A program made the translations under genes and the position numbers. 64,000 nt of DNA, from the NCBI GenBank assembly GCA_051252375.1, contig JBPOFY010000003.1, positions 32,001 to 96,000 of the forward strand. Direction: 5' to 3'. The notes under the pieces were generated by a model that had not been told where the DNA came from, made no database searches, and saw nothing but the letters and a program-made list of their open reading frames with translations. This stretch comes from Opitutaceae bacterium. GTDB taxonomy: Bacteria; Verrucomicrobiota; Verrucomicrobiia; Opitutales; Coraliomargaritaceae. This document shows, one piece after another, positions 39,036 through 52,511 of this stretch (within the stretch, counting starts at the first letter, position 1; every line of letters starts with the position of its first letter).

Positions 39036-41096
39036 TTATTTGTGTTTGGCATTTTCGCGTTTGATGCTGTCCATGCCAGGTTTTTCGAGATTGATATCGC
39101 CTTCAAAGAAACCGTGTAGCTGGCGAATACGTGTTGGGTGACGCATCTTACGGAGTGCTTTGGCTTCAATTTGACGAATACGTTCGCGGGTGACCTTGAA
39201 CTGGCGCCCGACTTCTTCAAGTGTGCGTGAATAGCCGTCGGCTAGACCGAAACGGAGCGAGAGGACGCGGCGTTCGCGTTCGGTCAAACTATCGAGGACG
39301 TCGGTGATCTTCTCACGTAGAAGGCTATAGGCCGTCATGTCGTAAGGGTTTTCCGCGCCTTTATCTTCGATGAAGTCACCGAAGTTCGTGTCGTCGGAAT
39401 CTCCGACGGGGCTCTGGAGAGAGATCGGTTGCTGTGCCATCTTCATGATGGACTGGACGCGCTCGATCGGAAGGTTCATCTCGTCGGCGACTTCTTCAGC
39501 GGTGGGCTCGTGGCCGAGTTCTTGAAGAAGTTGCTTTTGCACCTGCATGACCTTGTTCAAAGTCTCGATCATGTGGACCGGGATACGAATGGTCCGAGCT
39601 TGGTCGGCAATCGAACGGGTGATGGCCTGACGGATCCACCATGTTGCGTAAGTGGAGAACTTATAGCCGCGGCGATATTCAAATTTTTCCACGGCTTTCA
39701 TGAGGCCCATGTTACCTTCTTGAATTAGGTCGAGGAAGGAAAGTCCACGATTGGTGTATTTTTTGGCGATGGAGATCACGAGGCGTAAGTTAGCCTCGAC
39801 CATCTCGGTTTTCGCTTTGTGTGCTTCACGGATACCGGTGCGGACCTCACGGATGATTTCCATGAATTCGCGGGCATCGATTTTGAACTCAGCTTTGAGC
39901 TCTTCGAGACGCTTATTGGTTTTAGCGACATCGACTTTAGTCTTACGACGAGTAGACACCATGTCGGCGGCTTCGAGGTCTTCGTAAAGGCTGGTGATTT
40001 CGCGATACACTGGGGTGAGGTTTGTGAGGAAGTCCTCAAAGACCTTTAGCTTGAGACAGTATTTGCGAAGGACGAGACGGAGCTCTCCTTCATACTTGAT
40101 CATGCGTGTGCGTGAGCGTTTGGCGTTGGATTCATTCGTCGCGGAGACGTGGCTATCCCAAGCCGCATAAATACGCTCGCCAAGCTTGTGTGCTTGTTCG
40201 AGCAGTTTTGGTAAACTGTTGAAATAGGCTTCGCGGCTTTCAATTTTTTTGTCGAGGACGACGCGGTCGAAACGTTCTTCGCGGTTGAGTAGTTTTTGAA
40301 CGATGTTGTTCTGGAACTCAAGTGTCAGCGCGGTAGAGAAGAGGGCATCTTGAGCACGTAGTTCGGCTTTTTCGATGCGCTTTGAAATGGCGACTTCTTC
40401 CTCACGGGTCAGCAGGGGAACTTGTCCCATTTGTTTCAAATACATCCGGACAGGATCGTCTAGGATGTCATTCTGCGAGGTGCGGACTTCTTTCTCTTCG
40501 GTTTCTTCAAGGCGAGCCTTATAGGCTTCTACCTGGTTATCGTCGAGAATCTCGACTTCGAGGTTTTGAAGTATGGAAATGACGTTCTCGATTTCGTCAG
40601 GGTTATTGACGCTATCGGGAAGCGCTTTGTTGATGTCCTTATAAGTGAGGAAACCTTGCTCTTTGGACAGGCGAATGAGGTTGCGAATGCGCTCGTTCAG
40701 CTTCTCTTGAGCTTTAGTTGAGAGGCGACGCTTCTTGGTGACCTTCTTGGTGGCTTCTTTGAGTGCGTCGTCGCTAACGACTACGGCAGTTTTTTTAACG
40801 AGCACTTTTTTAATCGGTGCTTTAGGAGTGGCTACTTTTTTGGGTGCCGCTTTTTTAACCGGTGCCTTCTTAACTACTTTTTTTGCGGCCGCCTTTTTAG
40901 CTGGAGCTTTTTTGGTTACAGCTTTCTTAGCAGGTGCCTTCTTAGCAGCCTTTTTAGCAGGTGTCTTCTTGGTCGCAGTTTTCTTAGCCGCTACCTTTTT
41001 CGTAGCTTTTTTAGCAGGCGCTTTTTTAGCGGGTGCCTTTTTGGTTGCGGCTTTCTTGACTGTCTTTTTGGCGGTTTTCTTTTTCGCAGCTGACAT
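39036..41096 (-). CDS. rpoD: Primary sigma factor with a Lys/Ala-rich N-terminal extension
   Basis: [33 protein letters not shown] and TRERIRQIE motifs. Confidence 0.97.
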   Translation of the reverse strand: MSAAKKKTAKKTVKKAATKKAPAKKAPAKKATKKVAAKKTATKKTPAKKAAKKAPAKKAVTKKAPAKKAAAKKVVKKAPVKKAAPKKVATPKAPIKKVLVKKTAVVVSDDALKEATKKVTKKRRLSTKAQEKLNERIRNLIRLSKEQGFLTYKDINKALPDSVNNPDEIENVISILQNLEVEILDDNQVEAYKARLEETEEKEVRTSQNDILDDPVRMYLKQMGQVPLLTREEEVAISKRIEKAELRAQDALFSTALTLEFQNNIVQKLLNREERFDRVVLDKKIESREAYFNSLPKLLEQAHKLGERIYAAWDSHVSATNESNAKRSRTRMIKYEGELRLVLRKYCLKLKVFEDFLTNLTPVYREITSLYEDLEAADMVSTRRKTKVDVAKTNKRLEELKAEFKIDAREFMEIIREVRTGIREAHKAKTEMVEANLRLVISIAKKYTNRGLSFLDLIQEGNMGLMKAVEKFEYRRGYKFSTYATWWIRQAITRSIADQARTIRIPVHMIETLNKVMQVQKQLLQELGHEPTAEEVADEMNLPIERVQSIMKMAQQPISLQSPVGDSDDTNFGDFIEDKGAENPYDMTAYSLLREKITDVLDSLTERERRVLSLRFGLADGYSRTLEEVGRQFKVTRERIRQIEAKALRKMRHPTRIRQLHGFFEGDINLEKPGMDSIKRENAKHK

Positions 41097-41123
41097 AATA
41101 TTGATGGAATCTTTGTGGCGTGT

Positions 41124-42956
<1,833 letters not shown>

Positions 42957-43041
42957 TTATATGAAACACGTAATACTTAAATGAGCCAAAAGGAGTGGTG
43001 TCAGGAACGCGATTGAATCGGGCTCCTGAATGGAGGGTCTT

Positions 43042-44718
43042 TTATCGCAGACGGTCGATCGCGGTTTCCGCTTCTGGGCGGAGAGGGTGACCAGGCGCGA
43101 GCTCGATAAATTGGCGGTAAAGTGAAGCGGCTGCAACTGCATCCTCAGCGATTCGCTCGTAGCCGCGGGCGAGTGATAGGGTGACTTCAGGGCTGCGAGG
43201 AAAGCGGTCGTGCGCGGTTTTGAGTTCTGTAAGAAATCCGCTAGGTGTTTTGGAGCGCTGTGCGACACGCAGGTAGTCGAGTGTATATTTGATTTCTCTA
43301 GGTGCGATGCGAATGGCTTCGAGCGCGGTGGTTTCGGCATTTTTGAATTGGCCGTCGATGAGGTAGGCGCGTGAAAGCAGGTTCCAAATATCGTCGCGGT
43401 CGTTGGCGCTGCCGAGAACTTGCCAGTAGCTGGAAATCGCGAGTTTGTAATTGCGGTCAGCTGTGGCCTGATCGGCTGCTTGGATGAGATCATCGATAGA
43501 GAGTGGTTTTCCAGCCGGGCGAACAGAGATGGGATCGATGGTTTCCTCTAAGGTGGTTTCTACGGGTGCCACATCGACTGTGTTGTCGACCATATAGTTG
43601 GTTGGGACGCTGTTGTCCTGTTGATCGTAGGTGACGCCAATTGTGACGTCTGGCTCGGCTGGTTCGATCACGATGGCGGGATTAAAAGTGATAGCTGTTC
43701 CTTCAGCGCTTTCCTCTGTGGTATCGACCGACACGACTTCGACTGCTGGTGTGTTGGCCATTGATTCGGCGGCTTCGAGGTCGGCGATGACTTGGGCTTT
43801 ACCTTCGGTGTCGGTTTTCTCGCTAGTCGTGTCATCGCTTGTGGCGACGACGGTGGCTTTTTCTGCCTCAGCAGCAGCTTTGGCGGCAGCAGCTTCGGCG
43901 GCCTTTTTTGCGGCTTCCGCCTTAGCGAGCTCGGCTTGCATGGCTGCTTGTGCCTCGCGCCAGCGCTTTAATTCGCTACGGGCAGATGCCCATTCGCTGG
44001 CATCGACGGCGCCTGGGAATTGTTTGTCTAAACGGACGATGACGCCTTCGGCACCTTTCCAATCTTTTTGACTGAGTTTGATTTGCAAGAGACCGAACAG
44101 AGCGGTGAGTGCGTCTGGGCTGTCATTATCGACGGCGAGTTCAAACCAGCGTTCGGCTTGTGCGCCGTTTTCAAGCTGCATGAATAGGCTACCAATCGAG
44201 GCAGCAACATCTGCGGGTGGGGTGCTTTTCTCGGGGTTGACTCCTTTAAGGTAGGCGTCGAGCGCGAGTTGCGTTTTGTTATCCTTTGCTCGGGCTTTCC
44301 CTAGCTTGATCCAGAGTTCGTCGCTCATGGAGTCCGGTGCTTTAGTCGCCATCCGTTCCAGCAGTTGATTGGTGGGCTGGTTGGCTGCCTCGAGGGCTTT
44401 GTATGTTTGGAAAAGGAGCTCGATGTCGTCCGGATTTTGTTCGTGCGCTTGCTCAATAAAGAAGGCCGCCATGGTGGTGTCATTCTCTTCACTGAAAATA
44501 GTGCCGATCTGTCGTAATATCGCGGGATCGTTCGGGTGATCCGCAGCCAGTCCTTCAAGAATGCTTAGGGCTTCTTCGTTTTGCCCGTCAGCGCGCAGGT
44601 CGGCCACTTTATCGAGGCTGGAAGCTTTCTTTTCTTCAGGTCCACTGCAACCGATGAGCCCGATGAGGGTCAACGATAAGGAAATGAAGAATAGACGATT
44701 GAAGTTTGCTTTTGGCAT
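43042..44718 (-). CDS. TPR-repeat lipoprotein
   Basis: LIGC lipobox, helical TPR-like repeats and an acidic linker. Confidence 0.75.
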   Translation of the reverse strand: MPKANFNRLFFISLSLTLIGLIGCSGPEEKKASSLDKVADLRADGQNEEALSILEGLAADHPNDPAILRQIGTIFSEENDTTMAAFFIEQAHEQNPDDIELLFQTYKALEAANQPTNQLLERMATKAPDSMSDELWIKLGKARAKDNKTQLALDAYLKGVNPEKSTPPADVAASIGSLFMQLENGAQAERWFELAVDNDSPDALTALFGLLQIKLSQKDWKGAEGVIVRLDKQFPGAVDASEWASARSELKRWREAQAAMQAELAKAEAAKKAAEAAAAKAAAEAEKATVVATSDDTTSEKTDTEGKAQVIADLEAAESMANTPAVEVVSVDTTEESAEGTAITFNPAIVIEPAEPDVTIGVTYDQQDNSVPTNYMVDNTVDVAPVETTLEETIDPISVRPAGKPLSIDDLIQAADQATADRNYKLAISSYWQVLGSANDRDDIWNLLSRAYLIDGQFKNAETTALEAIRIAPREIKYTLDYLRVAQRSKTPSGFLTELKTAHDRFPRSPEVTLSLARGYERIAEDAVAAASLYRQFIELAPGHPLRPEAETAIDRLR

Positions 44719-44806
44719 ATGCCGGATTTTTGTTCGGAGTGTGTATATGTTACGAATAACGAAGACTATGGGGGATTTACTTTCGTTTCCCCACTATATC
44801 TGTCAA

Positions 44807-45871
44807 GTGGATAGGCGCTGGCGTGGATTAAAGGGGCGTGTCAGCTTTCTGCTGCTGTGCTTCTTTGGTTTAGTCGGGTCGCTAGTGGCGATACCGCAGA
44901 AGGCACCAGCTGGTTTGGTTTGGGAGGCTGAAATTGCGCCAGGGGCGTTGTATTATGCTGAAGTGGAAGCTCTGCTATCCCACTACGAACAAGTTGTCGG
45001 TGCCGAACTGAAGCCTGCCGATCGCGTAAAGGTCGGATTAAAAGTGAACACTCGGGGCGGAAAGGGCTTGAGCACTTCGCTGCAATTGCTGCGGGCGGTG
45101 ATCGAGGCGCTGGAGTTGCGCGGTTACGCTCGGGAGAACATCGTGATTACCGATTATGCCGCCTATAATTTGCGTCAGGCGGGCATTATGCCACCACTGA
45201 GTGACATGGGCGCGCAGTTCGAGGGCTGTCCCGTGGTTGCTCTGGATAGCGGGCAGTATTATGATGCGGACTGGTTCTATGATAGTCCGTTACCACCTGC
45301 GCTGCAGCAAGAACCGCAATTGTTTGGTGCCTTCAGCCGTTCGCAGACGCTGGAAGAAGGGGTTGAGGAGCGAAAAAGTTTTCTCTCAAAACCGTTGTTA
45401 TTAGAAGTGGATTTTTGGATCAACCTAGCGGTTGGGGTGGACGGTCCGGCATTGGGTGTAGATGGCGTGTTGGCCAATGCGACGCTTTGGAATGTGAGCA
45501 ATAGTCAGCGTTTTTTAGTGAACCAAGCGACGGCCTCGGCAGCGGTGGCTGAAATTGCGGCGATTCCCGAGCTATCCGAACGAATGGTTCTGAATATGGT
45601 ATCTTTGGAGCGCTATCAATTCATAGCGGGACCTTTCTTTAATTCTCTCTACTGTCGATCCGAGCCGAGATTATGGATGAGCAGTGATCCGGTGGCCCTC
45701 GATCGGTTACTGTTTGATCGGTTTAATTCACATCGCTTGTTGGAAGGGTTTCCGGAGATTGATCCGATGCCGAGTCAGTTACTTTTCGCGTCAAGTTTGG
45801 GTTTGGGGGTGTTTGAGCGATCTAAGATTCGGATCGAACCGGTGGCGACTGTGGTCGGTCCAAAATTGTAG
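44807..45871 (+). CDS. DUF362-like exported protein (start uncertain)
   Basis: KVGLKVN...SSDPVALD pattern; hydrophobic N-terminal segment. Confidence 0.6.
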   Translation: MDRRWRGLKGRVSFLLLCFFGLVGSLVAIPQKAPAGLVWEAEIAPGALYYAEVEALLSHYEQVVGAELKPADRVKVGLKVNTRGGKGLSTSLQLLRAVIEALELRGYARENIVITDYAAYNLRQAGIMPPLSDMGAQFEGCPVVALDSGQYYDADWFYDSPLPPALQQEPQLFGAFSRSQTLEEGVEERKSFLSKPLLLEVDFWINLAVGVDGPALGVDGVLANATLWNVSNSQRFLVNQATASAAVAEIAAIPELSERMVLNMVSLERYQFIAGPFFNSLYCRSEPRLWMSSDPVALDRLLFDRFNSHRLLEGFPEIDPMPSQLLFASSLGLGVFERSKIRIEPVATVVGPKL

Positions 45872-45943
45872 CAGGCAGAAATAATTGAGCCTTCCGGTAA
45901 AAACACCTTGAACTAGCCGAGAAAGCCGCCTTCTTTCTTTCGT

Positions 45944-46318
45944 ATGCAGATTGCGGACTATTATCCGATACTTGTTCAGTTTTCTATCGCAACCGGAATT
46001 GGTGCGGTCGTTCTTGTCGCGTCTCATATTTTCGGTCAGCGCGGTTCACGCGGCGCAATTAAAGATTCCCCTTACGAGTGCGGTATGTTGGCGCAAGGTT
46101 CGGGGCATGCGCGCTTCGCAGTGAAGTTTTATGTCACGGCGATGTTGTTTATTCTTTTTGATATCGAAGTGGTTTTCTTGATCCCCTGGGTCTTGATCTT
46201 TCGTGAATTTCTTGCCGCGCAGTTGCCCATCTTGCTCCCCGTTTTCTTCTTTCTCTTTGTTCTGGTTTTAGGACTGGTCTATGAGTTGAAAAAAGGCGCG
46301 ATTGAGTGGGAGAAGTAG
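45944..46318 (+). CDS. nuoA: NADH-quinone oxidoreductase subunit A
   Basis: PYECG, FILFDIEVVFL and YELKKGAIEW motifs. Confidence 0.92.
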   Translation: MQIADYYPILVQFSIATGIGAVVLVASHIFGQRGSRGAIKDSPYECGMLAQGSGHARFAVKFYVTAMLFILFDIEVVFLIPWVLIFREFLAAQLPILLPVFFFLFVLVLGLVYELKKGAIEWEK

Positions 46319-46431
46319 TGCGCCGCTAAGTTGTTAATTATTAGTTGCTTGTTGATCTTTCAAGATCGATGGCTATTAGTTTAGCAACACCTTCACCAAA
46401 TTCGCCTCTTCCTCGACTTTATTCATTCTCT

Positions 46432-47790
46432 ATGCGCATAGACCGTTACATTGCTAAATCTCGTGTGGTCGATCTCGAAAGCACGGATTTTAAGTCGGCA
46501 TTGAGCGAGTTATTAAAGGTTTGTGACATTACGAAAGAGCGAGGGCTGACGAAGAAAGGCCTGCTCGCAGATCTGTTGGCGCGTGAGAAACAGATGACGA
46601 CCTATCTGGGTAATGGCGTTTGTTTGCCGCATGCGAGGGTGTCGATGAAGCGACCTTATATGATTGCGGTTGGTCGTTGCCCGCAGGGTCTTGTATATGA
46701 TGGGCAGAAGGAGTATCAGGAGATCCGATACGTATTTCTTCTCTTGGCGGCCGAAAATGCACGCAGCTATTTGTATGGACTGGCTTCGTTGGCGCGGGTC
46801 TTCCAAGACGAGGCGCACATGGCGAAGTTGAATGCGGCGAAATCATTGCCCGAGTTCCGGCTAGAGCTGAAATCTGTTTTTGGCGGTGATGGCAACAAGC
46901 CCCGCCAGAAGCACAATCGTTTTAATAACTTGATTCTCAAGGAAGCGGCTAAGATCGCAAAAGGCGCGAACTGCACCTCGGTGCTGGTCTTTGGAGATAC
47001 TTTTGGCGGTGGCGTCGAAATCGGCAAAGTCTTTAAAGGGTTTAAAACGGTCTTAATTGCCCACACGACATCTGATAGCATCGCCGAGCACTCCGATATC
47101 GATGCGGTGTTGCCCATACGTTCCTATAGTAATCACCGTTTCTCTCAATTGCGCAGCGCGGTGTTGATTGGTCTGACTCGTGGCACATTTGGCAACCATG
47201 ATCGGCTTTGCTGTGTCGGTGGATTGCCGCAAAGCAATCAGTTCGACAGTATCACAGTGGTGGATGTGGAACGCGAATTTCGAACCATGCTCATGCAGAA
47301 GACGGATATGCTGCCTGCCAGTGTAAAGCCTGAGGTGATCGAGCGTGTCCTGGCGATTGCCACGGAGCTCGCAGTCGAAGGCCGTGAAGGGCATCCCGTG
47401 GGTTGCCTCTTTGCATTAGGTGATTCAGATAAAATTTCGGAATATACAAAACCACTCATCTTGAATCCATTTTATGGATACAAAGACGAGGACCGCAATA
47501 TTCTGAATCCATTCATGGATGAAACGGTGAAGGAGCTATCGTCCATCGACGGAGCATTCATTATTCGAGGTGATGGTGTGCTGATTTCCGCCGGTTCGTT
47601 GATTCATGCGCCCGATTATACGCATAATTTGCCAAGCGGGCTGGGTAGTCGCCACGCGGCTGCAGCATCGATTTCTCAGGCGGTTGATTGCCTGTGTATC
47701 GTGGTTTCCGGTAGCACAGGCCAGGTCACGCTGTTCCGCCGCGGTGAAATGTTGCCACTCATTGAGAAGGCTTTAGTCCGAAATAGCTGA
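46432..47790 (+). CDS. PTS EIIA - diadenylate cyclase (DisA_N) fusion, DacZ-like
   Basis: N-terminal TTYLGNGVCLPHAR (EIIA phospho-His); C-terminal SIDGAF and GSRHAAA DAC motifs. Confidence 0.85.
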   Translation: MRIDRYIAKSRVVDLESTDFKSALSELLKVCDITKERGLTKKGLLADLLAREKQMTTYLGNGVCLPHARVSMKRPYMIAVGRCPQGLVYDGQKEYQEIRYVFLLLAAENARSYLYGLASLARVFQDEAHMAKLNAAKSLPEFRLELKSVFGGDGNKPRQKHNRFNNLILKEAAKIAKGANCTSVLVFGDTFGGGVEIGKVFKGFKTVLIAHTTSDSIAEHSDIDAVLPIRSYSNHRFSQLRSAVLIGLTRGTFGNHDRLCCVGGLPQSNQFDSITVVDVEREFRTMLMQKTDMLPASVKPEVIERVLAIATELAVEGREGHPVGCLFALGDSDKISEYTKPLILNPFYGYKDEDRNILNPFMDETVKELSSIDGAFIIRGDGVLISAGSLIHAPDYTHNLPSGLGSRHAAAASISQAVDCLCIVVSGSTGQVTLFRRGEMLPLIEKALVRNS

Positions 47791-47886
47791 TCGATTCGCG
47801 GTAAAAAGGTTTGAAGGTATTGAGGTCTTACTGCTGAGCCTAATTTTAACCTTCCCACTTTTACACTTTCTGACCTTCATACATCT

Positions 47887-48696
47887 ATGAACCGTATCGA
47901 ACAAGCCTTTGCTAAAGCCCGCTCCGAAAACCGCGCGGCCTTCGTCGCCTATCTCTGTGCCGGTGATCCAGACTTTGACACCTCCGTGGCGGCTTGCCGT
48001 GCTATTTTGGATGCCGGAGTGGACGTGTTGGAGCTTGGCGTGCCGTTTTCGGATCCATTGGCAGATGGTTTGACCAATCAACTAGCGGCCCAGCGTGCGC
48101 TTGAAAGCGGCATGACCAGCGAGCGTGTGCTCGAGCTCGTGCGTGCGGTGCGCAGCTTTAGTGATGTGCCGATTGTCTTTTACACTTACTATAATTTGGT
48201 CTTCGCGCAGGGCAGTGAGGCCTATGCCGAGAGAGCGAAAGCAGCCGGTGTGGACGGTATACTGACCCTCGACTTGCCACCCGAAGAAGCGGGTGAGCAT
48301 TTGGCCGCCTGCGAAAAGCATGGTCTCGGCACGGTGTTCATCGTAGCGCCGACCACGCCGGACGAGCGCTTAGAGATTATCTGCGGTGCGACGAGTGGAT
48401 TTGTTTACTATGTTTCCCGCGAAGGTGTGACCGGCGAGCAAGCCGCGATGTCAGACGGCATTCGTGCCAGTGTGGAAAACATTAAGAAGCACACCGATCT
48501 ACCGGTCGTCGTCGGATTTGGGATTTCAAATGCCGATCATGTGCAGACCGTCGCGCAAGCAGCCGATGGTGTGGTGGTCGGCAGTGCGATTGTAAACTGT
48601 ATCGCTGAGAATCTCGGCGATCCTGCTGCGATCACTGCTGCTTTGTCTGCGAAGATGGCCGCCTTGACCGCTGGTGGCGCTTTGCAAAAGCAGTAG
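47887..48696 (+). CDS. trpA: Tryptophan synthase alpha chain
   Basis: LGVPFSDPLADG, VSREGVTG and DGVVVGSA motifs. Confidence 0.95.
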   Translation: MNRIEQAFAKARSENRAAFVAYLCAGDPDFDTSVAACRAILDAGVDVLELGVPFSDPLADGLTNQLAAQRALESGMTSERVLELVRAVRSFSDVPIVFYTYYNLVFAQGSEAYAERAKAAGVDGILTLDLPPEEAGEHLAACEKHGLGTVFIVAPTTPDERLEIICGATSGFVYYVSREGVTGEQAAMSDGIRASVENIKKHTDLPVVVGFGISNADHVQTVAQAADGVVVGSAIVNCIAENLGDPAAITAALSAKMAALTAGGALQKQ

Positions 48697-48742
48697 CGTA
48701 GTTGGGGCCGTCCTCGGGGGTTCGGTGTTCCGTCTTATTCGC

Positions 48743-49153
48743 TTATTTGGTGTAGGTGTTCACTGACACGGCTGCAGTGAGTCCATTCTTAAACTTTGCG
48801 GCTGGCGGATGCGGTGCGCTAGAGTCGAATTCGAGCACTTGCGTCTCAAGTGGAAAGCCGTCCATCTCAGATTCCAGGGTCACTAGAATCATGCTTGGAT
48901 CAGAGGCGTCGGTGCTCTGGCTAATCGAAACTTCTTTCTTGTCGGTCAGGGATATGATCTGCCCCGTGGACGGGGTCTTGTTGCTGATCGTGCCAAGTTC
49001 TTGGCGACGGGTCATCTCACCCCCTCCAGAAAACTGATTGGGATGGGAGAATACAACTTTCGTCTCCACCATTGTTGCTTCCGTAGAGTTCTTATTACAG
49101 CCGGCAAAAATGAAGCAAAGCGCGGAAAGGATTGTGAGAAGTATGGTTTTCAT
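48743..49153 (-). CDS. Lipoprotein of unknown function
   Basis: FAGC lipobox. Confidence 0.65.
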   Translation of the reverse strand: MKTILLTILSALCFIFAGCNKNSTEATMVETKVVFSHPNQFSGGGEMTRRQELGTISNKTPSTGQIISLTDKKEVSISQSTDASDPSMILVTLESEMDGFPLETQVLEFDSSAPHPPAAKFKNGLTAAVSVNTYTK

Positions 49154-49219
49154 ATTTTTAGCGAATAGGACGCTAAGAGGGAGACGTTAAACTTTAGACT
49201 TTCTTCGCGCTCCTTTGCC

Positions 49220-51073
49220 TTACGCGCTGATCAGCTCGGCTTCGTCTTTTTCGACCTTTAGGTTTTCGATGATGAACTCTTGGCGCTCGGGTGTGTTTTT
49301 ACCCATGTAGAAGGTGAGCATGTCTTTAATCGTCATGCCTTTTGGTATGATGACTGGATCGAGGCGGATGTTTTTGCCGATGAAGTGTTGGAACTCGTCG
49401 GGCGAGATTTCACCGAGACCTTTGAATCGTGTGATCTCGGGTTTAGGACCGCATTCTTCGATCGCCTTGACGCGCTCTTCTTCGCTGTAGCAGTAGCGGG
49501 TGACCTTCTTGTTGCGCACTCGGAAGAGTGGGGTTTGCAAAATATGCAGGTGGCCTTGCTTGATGAGTTCTGGGAAGAACTGTAGGAAGAATGTAATCAA
49601 CAGTAGGCGGATATGCATACCATCGACATCGGCATCGGTAGCGATGACGACGTTGTTGTAGCGTAAGTCGTCGAGGCCGTTCTCGATATTGAGCGCGTCC
49701 TGAAGGAGGTTGAACTCTTCGTTTTCGTAAACGACTTTTTTGGTCAGTCCGAAGGAGTTGAGTGGCTTACCCTTGAGTGAGAAAACCGCCTGTGAATTGA
49801 CGTTGCGTGCCTTTGTGATCGAGCCGGATGCGGAATCGCCCTCGGTGATGAAAAGAGTGGAGTCGAGGCGACCGTCTTTCTTGGTGTCGAGGTGGATGCG
49901 GCAGTCGCGTAGTTTCTTGTTGTGGAGCTTTGCTTTTTTCGCGCGTTCGCGGGCGAGTTTTTGAATGCCTTTAAGTTCTTTGCGATTGCGCTCTGAATCT
50001 TGGATTTTTTTGCCAAGGATCTCGGCCGTCACGGGATTGCGGTGGAGGTAGTTGTCGAGCGCTTGCTTGATGAAATTCATCATGAAGGTGCGCACCGTTG
50101 GACCTTTGGGACCCATATCTTGCGAGCCGAGCTTGGTCTTTGTTTGCGATTCAAAAACAGGCTCCTCGACTTTGATCGCGACGGCGGCACAGATGGAGGT
50201 GCGGATGTCGACGGCATCGAAGTCTTTCTTGTAGAATTCCTTGATGGTCTTGGCGAGCGCTTCGCGGAAAGCGGCGAGGTGGGTGCCGCCCATTGTGGTG
50301 TGCTGACCGTTGACGAAGGAGTAGTAGTCCTCGCCGTAAGAGTCGTTGTGGGTGAAAGCGATCTCGATGTCGGTATCCTTGAGGTGGACGATCGGATACA
50401 TAGGCGCGCCATCGAGTTTGTTTTCGAGGAGATCGTGGAGACCTTTGTCGGATTTGAATTTCTTGCCGTTATAGACGATGGTCAGCCCGCTGTTGAGGTA
50501 GGCGTAGTTCCAGAGCATGTCTTCGACGTAGTCATCGCGGAAGCGGACTTTGCCGAAGATCTCGGGGTCGGCATCGAAGCGCAGAGCGGTGCCGTTTCTG
50601 GCGTCTTTGTCCGCCTTGTCCTTTTTGTCTTCCGAAATGACTTCGCCTTGGGAAAAGGAGACTGAGCGGGTCTTGCCTTCGCGGAAGGCTTGGATTTCGA
50701 ATTCAGAGGAGAGGGCGTTGACGGCCTTGATGCCGACGCCATTTAAACCGACAGATTTTTTGAAGGCTTCGGAGTCGTATTTGGCGCCGGTGTTGATCTT
50801 GGAGGCGCAGTCCTTGAGTTTGCCCAGTGGGATACCGCGACCGTAGTCGCGCACGGCAACGTGGGTGCCGTCGATGTTGACTTCGATGATCTTGCCGTTG
50901 CCCATAACGAACTCGTCGATCGAGTTGTCGATGACCTCTTTGAGGAGGATGTAGATGCCGTCATCGGAGGATGAGCCGTCTCCGAGCTTACCAATATACA
51001 TGCCGGGGCGCAGGCGGATGTGTTGTTTCCAGTCGAGGGATTTGATGCTATCTTCGGTGTAATCAGCAGACAT
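49220..51073 (-). CDS. parE: Type IIA topoisomerase B subunit (topoisomerase IV ParE-like)
   Basis: [24 protein letters not shown] and DADVDG motifs; short 617-aa form; ATG at 51073. Confidence 0.85.
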   Translation of the reverse strand: MSADYTEDSIKSLDWKQHIRLRPGMYIGKLGDGSSSDDGIYILLKEVIDNSIDEFVMGNGKIIEVNIDGTHVAVRDYGRGIPLGKLKDCASKINTGAKYDSEAFKKSVGLNGVGIKAVNALSSEFEIQAFREGKTRSVSFSQGEVISEDKKDKADKDARNGTALRFDADPEIFGKVRFRDDYVEDMLWNYAYLNSGLTIVYNGKKFKSDKGLHDLLENKLDGAPMYPIVHLKDTDIEIAFTHNDSYGEDYYSFVNGQHTTMGGTHLAAFREALAKTIKEFYKKDFDAVDIRTSICAAVAIKVEEPVFESQTKTKLGSQDMGPKGPTVRTFMMNFIKQALDNYLHRNPVTAEILGKKIQDSERNRKELKGIQKLARERAKKAKLHNKKLRDCRIHLDTKKDGRLDSTLFITEGDSASGSITKARNVNSQAVFSLKGKPLNSFGLTKKVVYENEEFNLLQDALNIENGLDDLRYNNVVIATDADVDGMHIRLLLITFFLQFFPELIKQGHLHILQTPLFRVRNKKVTRYCYSEEERVKAIEECGPKPEITRFKGLGEISPDEFQHFIGKNIRLDPVIIPKGMTIKDMLTFYMGKNTPERQEFIIENLKVEKDEAELISA

Positions 51074-51085
51074 GAAGGCTGTTTT

Positions 51086-51127
51086 GAACATCGAACATCG
51101 AACGCTCAACATTGAACTTCGAATTTT
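51086..51127. repeat. GAACATC-type heptamer tandem repeat
   Basis: GAACATC GAACATC GAACGCT CAACATT GAACTTC GAATTTT. Confidence 0.75.
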
Positions 51128-51225
51128 TGCGAAATCGTCGCCAGTTGGCGGTATGCGCTCGGCTAAATGACTTTCGGATTTGCTTTACCCGCAGAGGGAA
51201 TGTCTGTGTCCTTGCTCGTTCTGCT

Positions 51226-52485
51226 ATGAACTTGATTCTTATTACCTTTATTTGCCTTTTAGTGCTGAAGCTCGTGACGGGCATCGTTTTGGACCTGATT
51301 AACATGCGCCATGCGCGTGCTGCCTCGTCCGAAGTGCCTGAGAGCTTTCGCGATTTTATCGATCTGCCGACCTATCAAAAATCGATTGAATATACGGTGG
51401 CGAAGACTCGCTTCGGTATCGTCAACGAGGTTTACGACGCCCTTATCTTGGCGGTCGTGCTAATCGCCGGTTTTTTGCCATGGCTCTATAATGCCTTGAG
51501 CGGCGTATTGGGCTATGGAGTATGGGGGCAGTCGGCGGTATTGTTTCTCATCGGTGTGATTTTGGGCCTGCCGGGTCTGCCATTTGATTGGTGGGGCACT
51601 TTTCGATTAGAGGAGCGTTTTGGTTTTAATAAGAGCACGGTCGGGCTGTGGATCATGGATAAGATCAAGGGCATGATTCTGGGCCTTGTGATCGGTCTTC
51701 CGCTACTAGCGTTATTGGTTTATCTTGTGAGTGCTGCGGGCACGCTCTGGTGGGTGTGGGGCTTCTCGGTCTTTTTTATCTTCCAACTCGTGATGGTGGT
51801 GGCTTACCCGATGTTTATCATGCCGCTCTTTAATAAGTTGGAGCCGATGGAGGAGGGCGCGTTGAAGGACCGCCTGTTCGCTTTGGCAGATCGCACCGGA
51901 TTTAAAGCGCAGACGATTCTAGTTATTGATGGCAGCAAACGTTCGGGGCATTCGAATGCTTTCTTCTCGGGCTTTGGGCGCTTTCGTCGAATCGTGCTCT
52001 ATGATACCTTGATTGAGCAAATGGATGAGGTGGAACTAGAGGCAGTTTTGGCCCACGAGATCGGTCATTACAAGCTGGGGCATATTCCTAAAATGATCGC
52101 GATGTCCGGCGTTTCAACCTTGGGGATGTTTGCGCTGCTAGGTTGGTTGGCGAATGGCACGTGGTTGGCAGAGGCTTTTTATTTTAGCGCAACGGATGCG
52201 GTGCATATTGTCCCGGTGCTTTTGTTGTTTATGCTGTTAAGCGGTTTGCTGACCTTTTGGTTGTCACCCTTGACGAGTCGTTTGTCGCGTAAGCATGAAT
52301 ACGAGGCCGATGCGTTTGCCCGCGATGCCATGGAAAGCTCCGAACCTCTGAGTAGTGCTTTGCGCAAGATGCATAAGGAAAACCTGAGTAATCTGACGCC
52401 GCACCCGATTTACAGTGCATTCTATTATTCGCACCCAACTTTGCTCGAAAGAGAGGCTTCTTTAAAGACTTTCAAAAACACGTGA
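51226..52485 (+). CDS. M48 (Ste24/CAAX-type) zinc metalloprotease
   Basis: [17 protein letters not shown] and YSHPTLLER motifs; multiple TM helices. Confidence 0.92.
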   Translation: MNLILITFICLLVLKLVTGIVLDLINMRHARAASSEVPESFRDFIDLPTYQKSIEYTVAKTRFGIVNEVYDALILAVVLIAGFLPWLYNALSGVLGYGVWGQSAVLFLIGVILGLPGLPFDWWGTFRLEERFGFNKSTVGLWIMDKIKGMILGLVIGLPLLALLVYLVSAAGTLWWVWGFSVFFIFQLVMVVAYPMFIMPLFNKLEPMEEGALKDRLFALADRTGFKAQTILVIDGSKRSGHSNAFFSGFGRFRRIVLYDTLIEQMDEVELEAVLAHEIGHYKLGHIPKMIAMSGVSTLGMFALLGWLANGTWLAEAFYFSATDAVHIVPVLLLFMLLSGLLTFWLSPLTSRLSRKHEYEADAFARDAMESSEPLSSALRKMHKENLSNLTPHPIYSAFYYSHPTLLEREASLKTFKNT

Positions 52486-52511
52486 GTTAGTTTCTAGTAG
52501 GTAGCTCCTAA

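Noticed and set aside
51074..51225. N-terminal extensions of parE and the M48 protease in the ORF track
   Set aside because: They translate the heptamer repeat and promoter DNA; ATGs at 51073 and 51226 fit the family N-termini.
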